A DNA stretch of 64,000 nt. Source: Chloroflexota bacterium (GTDB lineage: Bacteria; Chloroflexota; Dehalococcoidia; Lucifugimonadales; UBA3495). The notes below the pieces were generated by a model. The model saw only the letters and a program-made list of their open reading frames with translations. It ran no database searches and was not told the DNA's origin. Of the stretch, positions 47,348 through 56,973 are shown piece by piece. Location: positions 35,899-99,898 of the forward strand of contig JAQBVF010000010.1 in assembly GCA_027623675.1 (NCBI GenBank). Direction: 5' to 3'. Both the position numbers and the translations under genes were made by a program. Numbering within the stretch: the stretch's first letter is position 1; each line of letters starts with the position of its first letter.

Positions 47348-48574
47348 ATGGCTTCAGAATCACCGCCGATGTCAAAGACGGAAAGAAATCTTTGGTCAGC
47401 CATCGTCGCCGAGGCTCTGGCTTACCTGAAATACAACGCCTACGCCCACAAAGCCCTCGAAGAGGGCCACCCCGAGGTCGCCCAGGTATTCCAGGAAGTG
47501 GCCGGGGCCGAGACAATCCACGGCATGAACCATCTGCGGGTTTCGGGCGCACTGGCCTCTACGTTGGTCAATCTGCGCACCGTGACCGAGGGCGAATCCA
47601 AAGAATACAGCACCATGTATCCCAAGATGATTCAGGACGCGTTGGACGAAGGCCGACAGGACGCCGCCGACTCCTTCGCCCTGGCCATGGACCGGGAACG
47701 CCACCACCTGGAAGTGTTCACCAATGCCCTGGCGTTGCTGGAGGCCAAGACTGCCGCGTCAGCCGGCGCTCCCGTGCCTTCAATACCCAGAGAGTCCTTC
47801 GAGCCGGCCCCGGGCAGCGGCATGGACGTCTCGGTGGATGGCATGACCATGACCGACTACGTGAGCGCCGCCACCGAGATCGACCGGGAGCGGTGGCGTG
47901 TGGCCCGCCTAGGCCGCCTCCGCGAGGTGGTGTTTGGCGCCCAAGACGGCCTGCTCAGCACGGTGGCGTTGGTCACGGGTGTGGCCGTGGCCGTGGAGAA
48001 CCAGACCACTGTGTTGGTCGCCGGTCTGGCCGCGGCCCTGCCGGGCATGCTGTCCATGGCCACCGGAGCCTTCCTGGGCTCACGGGCCGAGCAGGATGTG
48101 CAGCGGTCGGAAATCGCCCGCGAGGCCCTAGAACTGGAGGAGAACCCGGCAGAGGAGCTGGCCGAGCTTGTGGTGCTGTACCAGCGGGAGGGCAAGACCT
48201 ACGAGGAAGCGCGGCGCTTGGCCGATGATATCGCCCAGGATAAGGACCTGTGGCTCCGGACGCTGGTCGAGAAGGAATTGGGCATCAGCCCCGACGACAC
48301 CACCAGCCCGGTGAAAGACGCCCTGACCATGGGGGTGGCCTTCATTCTGGCAGCAATCATCCCGATCCTGCCCCACTTCTTCTTGGAAGGCGGCGTCGCC
48401 ATCAGCGTATCCATTGGCGCGGCGTTAGTCGGCCTGTTCGTCCTTGGTGTCGGCAAGGGACGGCTGGTTCAGCGTTCACCACTCTTGCAGGGGTTGGAGA
48501 TACTGACAATCGGAGTGATATCGGCCGGAATCGGGTTCGGCCTGGGCGATCTGATCCCCCGCCTGATCACCTAA
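47348..48574 (+). CDS. Rubrerythrin-like diiron domain fused to a VIT1/CCC1 transporter
   Basis: N-terminal E...ETIH...E..E...ERHH diiron pattern; C-terminal REVVFGAQDGL, SMATGAFL, acidic insert and TM helices. Confidence 0.9.
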   Translation: MASESPPMSKTERNLWSAIVAEALAYLKYNAYAHKALEEGHPEVAQVFQEVAGAETIHGMNHLRVSGALASTLVNLRTVTEGESKEYSTMYPKMIQDALDEGRQDAADSFALAMDRERHHLEVFTNALALLEAKTAASAGAPVPSIPRESFEPAPGSGMDVSVDGMTMTDYVSAATEIDRERWRVARLGRLREVVFGAQDGLLSTVALVTGVAVAVENQTTVLVAGLAAALPGMLSMATGAFLGSRAEQDVQRSEIAREALELEENPAEELAELVVLYQREGKTYEEARRLADDIAQDKDLWLRTLVEKELGISPDDTTSPVKDALTMGVAFILAAIIPILPHFFLEGGVAISVSIGAALVGLFVLGVGKGRLVQRSPLLQGLEILTIGVISAGIGFGLGDLIPRLIT

Positions 48575-48594
48575 GCCAGGGCGGGCGCGGTCCC

Positions 48595-49503
48595 TTAGCC
48601 GTTGGTGCGGGAAAGGAGCTCCCGGGCTGCCGCGATGAAGTCGACAGGATTGTCGCCCTGCACTAGGTGCCCGGCGTTGTCGATGGTCTGGGTGGTGCAA
48701 TCGGTCATCACCTCGCCCATCTTGGCCAGGGTCTCCTCGGCGAAGATGTCGCTGCGGCTGCCCCGAACCACCAGAGACGGGCAGTCCACGGCTGCAACGC
48801 ACTCCCATAGCCGCTCTGGGGACCAGACAGGATCGCTGCCCCGGTTACGGTTGCGGGTTTCGGGGTCCCATTTCCAGGCCCATTTGCCATCGGGGGTCTG
48901 GCGGATGCTGTATTTCAGCGCTCCCAAGACCTGTTCTTCCGTCCGCCCGGTGTATTCTTTCACTCGTTCGGCAAATTCTTCAAAACTGTCCAGGTTGTTG
49001 GGCAGCTCACGGAACTGGCGGATGCGGTCTTGGCCGCGCCGTTGGGTCACTGGGCCGGTGTCCACGATGGTCAGCGACCGCAGAGTATTCGGGTGGTTCG
49101 ACGCCCAGATGAAGCTGTTGCGCCCACCCATGGAATGACCCATCAGGTTGAAGTCGTCCAAGCCCAGGGCGTCGATCACGCCGTCGATGTCGGCCTGCAT
49201 GGCGTCGATGGAATAGTCGCCGTCGGCGGCCCAACTGGTGTCGCCGTGGCCGCGCTGGTCCATGGCGAAAACGTGGTAATCGGGGGAGAGTGCCAGGCTA
49301 ACGAAATCCCAACTATGCGCCTGCTGGGATACGCCGTGGAGCATGAACAAAGCGGGCTTGGCGGGGTCGCCCCATTCAAGGAGATGTACGTCCAGTCCGT
49401 TGGCCCGTACCGTGCGGTCTTTGGGCTCGTTTTCTTCCACGAAAGGCACTCCCATGCTGCGTGCGGCTTGGTGCAGGGACAACCCCATTGAATGAGACGC
49501 CAT
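48595..49503 (-). CDS. Alpha/beta hydrolase
   Basis: LHG, DQRGHGDT, GHSMGG, AGHLV. Confidence 0.92.
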   Translation of the reverse strand: MASHSMGLSLHQAARSMGVPFVEENEPKDRTVRANGLDVHLLEWGDPAKPALFMLHGVSQQAHSWDFVSLALSPDYHVFAMDQRGHGDTSWAADGDYSIDAMQADIDGVIDALGLDDFNLMGHSMGGRNSFIWASNHPNTLRSLTIVDTGPVTQRRGQDRIRQFRELPNNLDSFEEFAERVKEYTGRTEEQVLGALKYSIRQTPDGKWAWKWDPETRNRNRGSDPVWSPERLWECVAAVDCPSLVVRGSRSDIFAEETLAKMGEVMTDCTTQTIDNAGHLVQGDNPVDFIAAARELLSRTNG

Positions 49504-49729
49504 GTTTTTCCTCCGGGCAGATTGCAAAACAATGATAAACCGGGTGTCAAGAAATTGGGACCGAGGCGCTGGTCCTGATAACGGCCCGCCACGGCCCGTC
49601 CACGCCTGGCCGCCGAGGATGGCATTCACTTTCCCGGTGGCTGGTGCTATTATTAGACGGTTGTGCCCCACCGGGCGCCGACGCAACCCAGGCTTCACTT
49701 CGCATCAAACAACTGGAGACCATCGTCTC

Positions 49730-50380
49730 ATGACGACTAACAACACGATAGACATTCAACTAGACCCGAGAGAACTGACCGGCAAGAAGGTGGGGCGATT
49801 GCGCCGCGCCGGTATCGTGCCGGTACACCTATACGGGCCAGGCATGGAGCCGCGCTCGCTGCAGTGTCAGGCGTCACGGCTGATCAAGGTGCTGGCCGCG
49901 GCCGGCGGCGCCACCCCCGTCAGCATCACCATCCAGGGCGAGTCTGGAACGCACCTGGCCTTCGTTAGGGAGATCCAGTGGGACCCGAGACGCGACGACG
50001 TGATTCATGTAGACCTGCTGGCCGCGAACGTCCGGCGTCCGGTCAGCGCCCAGGTGCCCATCATTCTCATCGGCGAGTCCCCCGGCGCCCGTGACGTTGG
50101 CGGCACAGTCATGCAGCAGCTCTTCACGGTGGACATTCTGGCCCTGCCGCTGGAGATGCCCTCCTCGATCGAGATTGACCTTGAAGGGATGACGGATCCT
50201 GACTCGGTGATTCGCGTGGCCGATCTGCCCTTGCCTGCCACCGCCACAGTGGTGGGCGATCCCGAAGACATGGTCGCCAGGATCGAGCTTCCCAGAGCCG
50301 AGGAAAAGGTCGTGGTTGCCGAGGAAACCGAAGAAGAAGGTGCGGAAGCCGACGCCACGGAAGAGGCCGCCGAAGAGTAG
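49730..50380 (+). CDS. rplY: 50S ribosomal protein L25/Ctc (long form)
   Basis: RLRRAGIVPVHLYG, REIQWDP, HVDL, acidic tail. Confidence 0.93.
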   Translation: MTTNNTIDIQLDPRELTGKKVGRLRRAGIVPVHLYGPGMEPRSLQCQASRLIKVLAAAGGATPVSITIQGESGTHLAFVREIQWDPRRDDVIHVDLLAANVRRPVSAQVPIILIGESPGARDVGGTVMQQLFTVDILALPLEMPSSIEIDLEGMTDPDSVIRVADLPLPATATVVGDPEDMVARIELPRAEEKVVVAEETEEEGAEADATEEAAEE

Positions 50381-50522
50381 AACCTGGGTTGCCATTGGGC
50401 ACGCCTGGATTCCCGCCTGCTTCGGGTTGGCGGGATGGGGTAAATCAGACCAACTTAGAAACGCCGGAGGCCGCACGCCCAGATGGGCAGGCTCCTCCGG
50501 CGGTTGTTTTGGAGACAGGGCC

Positions 50523-51290
50523 ATGTTCCTAACCTACGTCGGAGAATCCGGACTTACCGGCAAGAGCGCCGACGACCCTTCACAGCCGCACCTGGTCTAT
50601 ACCGGACTGCTGCTGCACGAGAGCCAGTCCATCTCGGTGAATGGGGAATTCGACGCGCTATGCCGCCGCCATTTTGGCGCGCCCCTGGGCGAGGAAGGCG
50701 CGCCGGTAGAGATTCGGCCGGTGGATGTTTTTCAAGGCCTGGGCTACTTCGCCTCATGGCAGCCCATGAAACGCAACGAATTGATCCAGGACTGCCTGGG
50801 TATCATGATTCGGCGCGAGACCCCGGTGATCACCTCCTACATCCATAAGATGTCATTCGCCAAAGCCAAATCGGAGGGCGACCCTCAGATGGCCGCCTGG
50901 GAGACTGCGTCCGAATCTCTGGCCAACAAATTCCTCTTTGCCGTCAGCATGTTCCTGGATGAGCTGCAGTTGTCCACGCTATCGGAAGACCAGGTCATGC
51001 AAACGGGACTGCCCGTCGCCAACTATGCCCTGTTGGTCGCCCAGAGCGGCGCTACGGTGGAGCCGAGGTTCATGGGCGAATTCCTGCGCTCGGACGACGG
51101 GCTGGACGCCAATAACCTGGTGGAGAACTTCTGTTACGTGGACGCCCAGCACTCGGTCGGCACCCAGCTTGCCAATCTGTGCGCCTATTTCGTCCGCCGC
51201 TGGCTGCAGAACCCGGACCGCCCCCAGCCCTATTTCGACGGCCTGCGGGAGAACAAAGTCATCCAGGTCATCTATCCGGTGACCATTTAA
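50523..51290 (+). CDS. DUF3800-like protein with degenerate acidic motifs
   Basis: N-terminal YVGESG...DPSQP and C-terminal SVGTQLANLCAY match the family pattern DESG...QxAD. Confidence 0.7.
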   Translation: MFLTYVGESGLTGKSADDPSQPHLVYTGLLLHESQSISVNGEFDALCRRHFGAPLGEEGAPVEIRPVDVFQGLGYFASWQPMKRNELIQDCLGIMIRRETPVITSYIHKMSFAKAKSEGDPQMAAWETASESLANKFLFAVSMFLDELQLSTLSEDQVMQTGLPVANYALLVAQSGATVEPRFMGEFLRSDDGLDANNLVENFCYVDAQHSVGTQLANLCAYFVRRWLQNPDRPQPYFDGLRENKVIQVIYPVTI

Positions 51291-51310
51291 TTTCGGATCG
51301 GTGCCTGCGA

Positions 51311-52192
51311 CTAGCCCGAGCGCACCAACCGCCGCAGCCAGGCGCTGAGCAGGTCCACCGCCACGACCAACACCAGGTACCAGGCGATGATTAGGGCCAC
51401 GTCGGTGTACTGGAAGTAACTGAGGCTGAGCCTGAACTCCCGTCCCAGTCCCCCGGCGCTGACGAAGCCGACCACCACGGTCGTGCGGATCACCACCTCC
51501 CAGCGGTAGAACAGGTAGGTCAGGAACTGGGGCATCACTTGAGGGATGATTCCGTAGGCCAGCATCTGTACGTTTCCCGCGCCCGAGGACCGTAGCGCCC
51601 GCGCCGGGCCGGGGTCCATGTTCTCCACCACCTCCGCCGACAGCTTGCCCACGATGCCGTAGTTGTGTAGGCCAAGGGCGATGGCGCCAGGCAGCACCCC
51701 CGGCGACAGGAAGAAGACGATCACCATGGCCCAGACCAACTCCGGCACGGCCCGCGTCACCGCGAAGACCAGCCGCAGCACGTGGTACACCACGCCCAAT
51801 CCTGCGGAGGGCCGCCCGCCCAAGTCTCCATTGCTCACATTCCGCGCCGCCGGCAGGAAGGTGAGAAGCACTCCCGACCCGGCCAAACCGATGGCCAGCA
51901 CGCTCATCAGCAGCGTCTTGTAGGCCAGCTTGCCCGTCTCCGCCCACCGGCCTAGCTGTAGAAACGCCGGCCGTCCAGGCTCGCCGATGCCCAGCAGTTG
52001 GCGGAGGAAATCGCCGGCATTGTCCCAAGTCCGGCTGGTAAACAGGTCCGCCAACCCGCTGTTCGCCCCCACCAGGATGTAGACCCAGGAGACCACGGCC
52101 AAGACCAAGAACGCGTACAGAGACGCCCTGGCGAAGGTCAACCGCCTCCTTCCCAGGGCCAGGTCTCGCACGAAGGGACCTGGCCCGGTCAC
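51311..52192 (-). CDS. PhnE/PtxC-family ABC permease
   Basis: RAVPELVWA, GKLSAEVVE, YRWE, GFVSAGGLG. Confidence 0.92.
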   Translation of the reverse strand: MTGPGPFVRDLALGRRRLTFARASLYAFLVLAVVSWVYILVGANSGLADLFTSRTWDNAGDFLRQLLGIGEPGRPAFLQLGRWAETGKLAYKTLLMSVLAIGLAGSGVLLTFLPAARNVSNGDLGGRPSAGLGVVYHVLRLVFAVTRAVPELVWAMVIVFFLSPGVLPGAIALGLHNYGIVGKLSAEVVENMDPGPARALRSSGAGNVQMLAYGIIPQVMPQFLTYLFYRWEVVIRTTVVVGFVSAGGLGREFRLSLSYFQYTDVALIIAWYLVLVVAVDLLSAWLRRLVRSG

Positions 52193-53016
52193 GAGTTAAG
52201 GCTCCGGCGGATCCTGGTGCTCCAATAGTCCACCAACAGCACGATGCCGATCAGGAACAGCAGCAGGGTCCAGACCTGGCTGAACAGCAGGTCGTTCAGG
52301 GAGATTTGTATCTCGTAACCCAGCCCGCGGATGCCCACGAAACTCATGATGGCGGCGGCCCGGATGGCGCACTCGAACCGGTAGAAGCTGTAGCTGAGCA
52401 TGTCGGTCAACGCCATGGGGATGCGGCCGTAAAGCAGGACCCTGACTGGGGATGCGCCGGTGGACCGGAGGGAGTCGAGAGGCCCTTCCGGAATGTCGTT
52501 TAGCAACTCCGAGTAGATGCGCCCCAGTATCCCGGCGTAGGGAACGGCGATGGCCAGCACGACCGCCAGGGACGACAGCCCGAAGGCGGTGACGAACAAC
52601 ACCGCCCAGACCAGTTCGTGGATCGACCGCATGAACGCCAGGACGAACCGGACGGCGGCGGGGATGGCGAATCGGGCGGTACGGGACCGTCCCGGGGTGG
52701 CTAGGGTACCCGAAGCGGCGACCCCCATGGGCAGCCCGATGATTATCGCCAGGGTAATCCCGGCCACGGCGTGGACCGCCGTTTGCCAACTGGCCGACAG
52801 GGCCAACCGCAGGAAAGTCGGCGACAGCTCCGGCGGAAACAAGGCCAGGAAGAATTCTTTGAGGGCATTGCCGCCGCCGGTGTGGATGATCCCGCCGCCC
52901 CAGTCCACGCCGGTCAGGCTCCAGACCAGCGCACCAGCCAGGACAACGGTGAGCAGCCGCCGGGTCTCTAGAAACCGGGCGGCGCCCTTAGCTTTGGGGG
53001 TCCCGGTCCAGATCAT
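52189..53016 (-). CDS. PhnE/PtxC-family ABC permease
   Basis: RSIHELVWA, YRFECAIR, GLG. Confidence 0.92.
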   Translation of the reverse strand: MIWTGTPKAKGAARFLETRRLLTVVLAGALVWSLTGVDWGGGIIHTGGGNALKEFFLALFPPELSPTFLRLALSASWQTAVHAVAGITLAIIIGLPMGVAASGTLATPGRSRTARFAIPAAVRFVLAFMRSIHELVWAVLFVTAFGLSSLAVVLAIAVPYAGILGRIYSELLNDIPEGPLDSLRSTGASPVRVLLYGRIPMALTDMLSYSFYRFECAIRAAAIMSFVGIRGLGYEIQISLNDLLFSQVWTLLLFLIGIVLLVDYWSTRIRRSLNS

Positions 53017-53782
53017 AGAGGGCGTCCAGCATCTTGGGGGTCAATTCCGGGGCCGGGATGTCGAATCGTAGCTTCCCATTCCGCAGGCCGATCACGCGGG
53101 AGAAGTATCTCCTGATCAGGTCCGGCGCGTGGAGGCTGGCGATGATGGTCTGTCCCGAGCCGTCGGCCAACTCAGTCAAGATCCTCAGTATCTCCTCGGC
53201 GCGGGCCGGGTCCAGCGAGGATACCGGTTCGTCCGCCAGGATGATACGCGGAGATTGGAGCATCAGCCTGGCGATGGCCACGCGCTGCTGCTCCCCGCCT
53301 GAGAGCTGGGAGGTCCGCTCGTCGATCTTGTCGGCGATCCCCAGCCTCGACAAAGCCTCCAGGACTGCCGGACGCTCCCGCGCCGAGAACAATGACGCCA
53401 AAGAGCGCAGGAGTCCCCAATGCCCCAGCCGCCCGGCCAGCACATTCTGCACGACCGGCAAATGGGGGACCAGGTCAAACTGTTGCTGGACCAGTCCAAC
53501 GGTTTGCGCCAGCTCTTTCCCCGGCCGCATCTTGCCGATGCGCTTGGAATCGAGGAACAACTCCCCGTTGTCGGGGGCTAACAGGCCCGCCAAGATGTAG
53601 AGCAGGGTCGTCTTTCCACTGCCGCTGGGGCCGGCCAACGCCACCCGCTCACCGGGAGCGATGGTGATGTCCAATGGCGCCAGGGCGGTTAAGCCGCCGA
53701 ATGATTTGGCGATACCGATGCCATCCACGATCGGCGGCGCCGCCAATGGCGGTTCCAGCATCTTACCCTTGCTCTCTTTCAT
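52988..53782 (-). CDS. PhnC-like ABC ATP-binding protein
   Basis: GPSGSGKT, NVLAGRLG, LSGGEQQRVAIAR, ADEPVSSLDP. Start ATG 53782; ATG 53761 is an alternative. Confidence 0.92.
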   Translation of the reverse strand: MKESKGKMLEPPLAAPPIVDGIGIAKSFGGLTALAPLDITIAPGERVALAGPSGSGKTTLLYILAGLLAPDNGELFLDSKRIGKMRPGKELAQTVGLVQQQFDLVPHLPVVQNVLAGRLGHWGLLRSLASLFSARERPAVLEALSRLGIADKIDERTSQLSGGEQQRVAIARLMLQSPRIILADEPVSSLDPARAEEILRILTELADGSGQTIIASLHAPDLIRRYFSRVIGLRNGKLRFDIPAPELTPKMLDALYDLDRDPQS

Positions 53783-53783
53783 T

Positions 53784-53858
53784 TTGTGCTGCCCCGGGTT
53801 GTGCTGCCCCGGGTTGTGCTGCCCCGGGTTGTGCTGCCCCGGGTTGTGCTGCCCCAGG
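53784..53858. repeat. 15-bp tandem repeat, 5 copies
   Basis: TTGTGCTGCCCCGGG x4 plus TTGTGCTGCCCCAGG. Confidence 0.95.
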
Positions 53859-54749
53859 TCATTTGATGATTCCCAGGACCCGCGCCACACTCTCGATGGC
53901 CGCGTAATTGGCGTTCTCGGTGGCGATGAATCTCTCGGTGCTGAATAGTTCAAGAATCTCGCTGTTGTCTTGAGCGTTCAGTTCAAGTAATGCGGCTTGG
54001 ACCCTGCCGGTGAACCCGTCGCCAAATTCTTCGTCCAAGGCGGCGCCGGCGGTCCAGTTGTAATCAAAATAGGGTGGGGTGGTTTCCAACACCCGGACCT
54101 TGCTGGTGTCCACTGAACTCTCGGCCACCGCCCGCTGCCATACGTCTTCGTTCAGCGCCCCAACATCGAACGCGCCGCTCTCCACCAAACGCCAGGTCAG
54201 GTCGTGCGATCCCGAGTAGTTGGGCGGCGATTTGAAGCCGGAGTCCGGGTCGATGCCCGCCTCCTTTAGGAAGAAGCGGGGCATGAGATGGCCAGAGGTG
54301 GAGCTTTCGCTGCCGAAGGTGAGAGTCAGGCCGCTGGACAGGGCCGCCAGGTCGTCCAGCGACTCCGCCGGCAGGTCCGAGCGGACGATGAACTTGGAGT
54401 GAAACTGGGCGTCCTGCTCGCGCTGGGCCACCGCTTGGGCGCCCGGGTTGCGGATCCGGGCCTGCACGCCGGTGAGTCCGCCGAAGAAGGCCAGGTCCAG
54501 GTTACCCTGACCGAACGCGGTGACCACCGCGGCGTAATCCGCGCTGGGGACGTATTCCACCGGCACGCCCAGTTTCTGCGACAGGTATTCCGAGAAGCCG
54601 TCGTACCGCCTGGCCAGCAGTGATGCGTCCTGGTCGGGGATGCCGCCCACTCGAAGCACGGGGGCGTCACCGCCGCCACAAGCGGCTAGCAGCGCCAGTC
54701 CCACCACCAGCAACGCCATGAGATATACCCGTTTGAATATTCCGTTCAT
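53859..54749 (-). CDS. PhnD-like substrate-binding lipoprotein (putative selenate clade)
   Basis: Lipobox LAAC; IPDQD, FGGLTGVQAR, TFGSESSTSGHLMP, SGSHD, TPPYFDYNW. Confidence 0.85.
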   Translation of the reverse strand: MNGIFKRVYLMALLVVGLALLAACGGGDAPVLRVGGIPDQDASLLARRYDGFSEYLSQKLGVPVEYVPSADYAAVVTAFGQGNLDLAFFGGLTGVQARIRNPGAQAVAQREQDAQFHSKFIVRSDLPAESLDDLAALSSGLTLTFGSESSTSGHLMPRFFLKEAGIDPDSGFKSPPNYSGSHDLTWRLVESGAFDVGALNEDVWQRAVAESSVDTSKVRVLETTPPYFDYNWTAGAALDEEFGDGFTGRVQAALLELNAQDNSEILELFSTERFIATENANYAAIESVARVLGIIK

Positions 54750-54774
54750 CCTTAAGTCCTCCAAAATGTCCTCC

Positions 54775-54813
54775 AAAAAACGATGGGGCGCCCGGGGGAC
54801 GCCCGGGGGCGCC
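54775..54813 (-). terminator. Terminator-like hairpin in the 5' leader of the ABC operon
   Basis: Minus strand GGCGCCC...GGGCGCC followed by CCATCG-TTTTTT, directly before the SD. Confidence 0.5.
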
Positions 54814-55113
54814 TGAGTTGTGCAACTCTTAGCTCGACGCAGAGCCATGCACCCGATTGGATAACCATGAAGATTTGGTAGTCCAACGGCTTACCTGGGT
54901 CCGGAAGGCGAACGGCGGCGATGCGGTTGGGAGATCAGATGAACGGGAACCGGGGATGGTACCCGGTGCTTTATGAGAACCCGGTGCTAGATGAAAACCC
55001 AGTGGGGCCGCCGGCCAGTCCAGACCCCGCAGGCATGGACTCAAGTGAAACCGGCGTTGGGATTCCAGTCATTGTTGCGGCTATTATGTCGGTCCGTAGC
55101 TAACACATTAAAT

Positions 55114-55142
55114 ATATTAATAAGAGCTATAAAGTAAGTCAA
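55114..55142 (-). promoter_or_regulatory. Sigma70-type promoter for the ABC operon
   Basis: TTGACT-N17-TAATAT on the minus strand. Confidence 0.7.
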
Positions 55143-55232
55143 ATGTCAGTTCTGGTGACAAACACCTGGAATGGCTGTTGGTATCTCCGCTCGCCGCCGG
55201 CCGGACACACGCCTAGATAGACTGGAGATTCA

Positions 55233-55261
55233 TTTACAAATCACAGGCACGGCATTACAAT
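55233..55261 (+). promoter_or_regulatory. Sigma70-type promoter for lysS-serS
   Basis: TTTACA-N17-TACAAT. Confidence 0.7.
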
Positions 55262-55397
55262 CGCTTGTCAGATGAGATGACGCTTTTCGCTGTTTTCTCC
55301 GGCATTTTCACCCGAAAATCTCAACATGATTGCCCCGAAGACCGGCACTTGCCGTGTGGCAGCCGCCGGGGCTCTCCACCAGGGCTGTTAAGAACAC

Positions 55398-56963
55398 ATG
55401 CCAGACCGAGAAGACACACTCCTGGCCAACCGGGCCGTCAAGCTGGAACGCATCCGCGCCGTCGGTATCGACCCCTATCCGGCCCGTTTCCGCCGCGACT
55501 ACGACACCGCCGCCGCCACCGCATTGTTTGTGGCCAACGAGGAGGCTGCCGGTTCGGATAAAGCGACCCAAGAGAAGCTGGAAGGCGTTACGTTGGCCGG
55601 CCGAATCACCTCCATGCGCACCATGGGCAAAGCCGCCTTCCTAGACCTTCAAGACGCATCGGGCGTGATCCAAGCCCTGCTCCGCCAGAACAACCTTCAA
55701 GACGGCTTTGATCTGATCAAGGACCTGGACATCGGCGACCATCTGGGCGTGCGCGGCAACCTGATCCGCACCCGGACCGGACAGGTCACCATCGATGCCT
55801 TGGAGTTGACGGTCACGGCCAAGGGCATGCGCCCGCTGCCCGAGAAGTGGCACGGACTTAAAGACGTGGAAACGCGGTACCGGCAGCGGTACCTTGACCT
55901 GATCGCCAACCAGGAAGAGATCATGCCGGTCTTCGTCCTGCGCAGCAAGGTGGTGCGCGGCATACGCCGGTTCCTGGACGACCGGGGGTTCCTAGAGGTC
56001 GACACGCCGATACTGGTGCCGGTGGCCGCCGGGGCTCACGCCAAGCCCTTCGTCACCCACCACAACGCCCTGGACCAGCAGCTTTACCTGCGCATCGCCA
56101 CCGAGCTATACCTGAAACGGCTGATCATCGGCGGTTTCGACAAGGTCTACGAGATCGGCCGGGTCTTCCGTAACGAGGGCATCGACCAGGACCACAACCC
56201 AGAGTTCACCCTGCTGGAAAGCTACGAGGCCTACGCCGACTATAACGATGTCATGGACATGGTTGAGCAGATGGTCTCGACCATCGCCACCGAGTCGACC
56301 GGCTCCACCAAGGTGACCGTGGGGGATAATGTCATCGACTTCGCGCCGCCCTGGCAACGGCTCAGCCTGCGCGAGGAGCTTTTGAACCGCTGCGGCATCG
56401 ACCTGGATACCTTCGACGACGAGGCCCTGCGCCAGAAGGCCGGCGAGATGGGCATCGACACCCTGGTGCTGGAAAGCCGGGGCCGTTTGATCGACAAGCT
56501 CTTATCCAGTTTCGTTGAGCCCCATCTGGTGCAGCCCACTTTCATCTTGGACTACCCCGAGGAGATGTCGCCCCTGGCCAAGGCCAAGCCCGGCGCGCCC
56601 GGCTACGTGGAGCGGTTCGAGGCCTTTGCCTGCGGGATGGAGATTGCAAACTCGTTCAGCGAGCTGAACGACCCCATGGTGCAGCGGGAGCGGTTCGAGG
56701 GCCAAGAGCAGATCAGGGCGTTATACGGGGACGAGGAGGTTGACCGGCTGGATGAGGACTTCCTCACCGCCATGGAGTACGGAATGCCGCCCACCGGCGG
56801 TCTGGGCATCGGCATCGACCGGCTGGTGATGCTGCTGGCCGGGCAGCCGTCCATCCGCGACGTGCTGCTGTTCCCCCAGATGCGCACCCTGCGCGGCGAA
56901 CCGGCCGGCGAAGAGGCCTCAGAAGATTCCCCAGAACCCTCAACGCAAGATGCGACGGATTAA
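55398..56963 (+). CDS. lysS: Lysine--tRNA ligase (class II)
   Basis: LPEKWHGL, RYRQRYLDL, LRIATELYLKR, FRNEG, YGMPPTGGLGIGIDR. Confidence 0.98.
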   Translation: MPDREDTLLANRAVKLERIRAVGIDPYPARFRRDYDTAAATALFVANEEAAGSDKATQEKLEGVTLAGRITSMRTMGKAAFLDLQDASGVIQALLRQNNLQDGFDLIKDLDIGDHLGVRGNLIRTRTGQVTIDALELTVTAKGMRPLPEKWHGLKDVETRYRQRYLDLIANQEEIMPVFVLRSKVVRGIRRFLDDRGFLEVDTPILVPVAAGAHAKPFVTHHNALDQQLYLRIATELYLKRLIIGGFDKVYEIGRVFRNEGIDQDHNPEFTLLESYEAYADYNDVMDMVEQMVSTIATESTGSTKVTVGDNVIDFAPPWQRLSLREELLNRCGIDLDTFDDEALRQKAGEMGIDTLVLESRGRLIDKLLSSFVEPHLVQPTFILDYPEEMSPLAKAKPGAPGYVERFEAFACGMEIANSFSELNDPMVQRERFEGQEQIRALYGDEEVDRLDEDFLTAMEYGMPPTGGLGIGIDRLVMLLAGQPSIRDVLLFPQMRTLRGEPAGEEASEDSPEPSTQDATD

Positions 56964-56973
56964 CCGGTAAATC

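Noticed and set aside
53784..53858. Mini-CRISPR, or an N-terminal PGQHN extension of the ATPase
   Set aside because: There are no spacers, and the longer ORF start at 53953 lies inside the SBP gene.
51311..54749. Phosphonate (C-P lyase) or phosphite utilisation operon
   Set aside because: No phnG-M or ptxD nearby; the substrate cannot be assigned from sequence alone.
54750..54848. QAPP/RAP arrest-peptide-like N-terminal extension of the SBP
   Set aside because: More simply a by-product of the GC hairpin; the SD and lipoprotein signal support ATG 54749.
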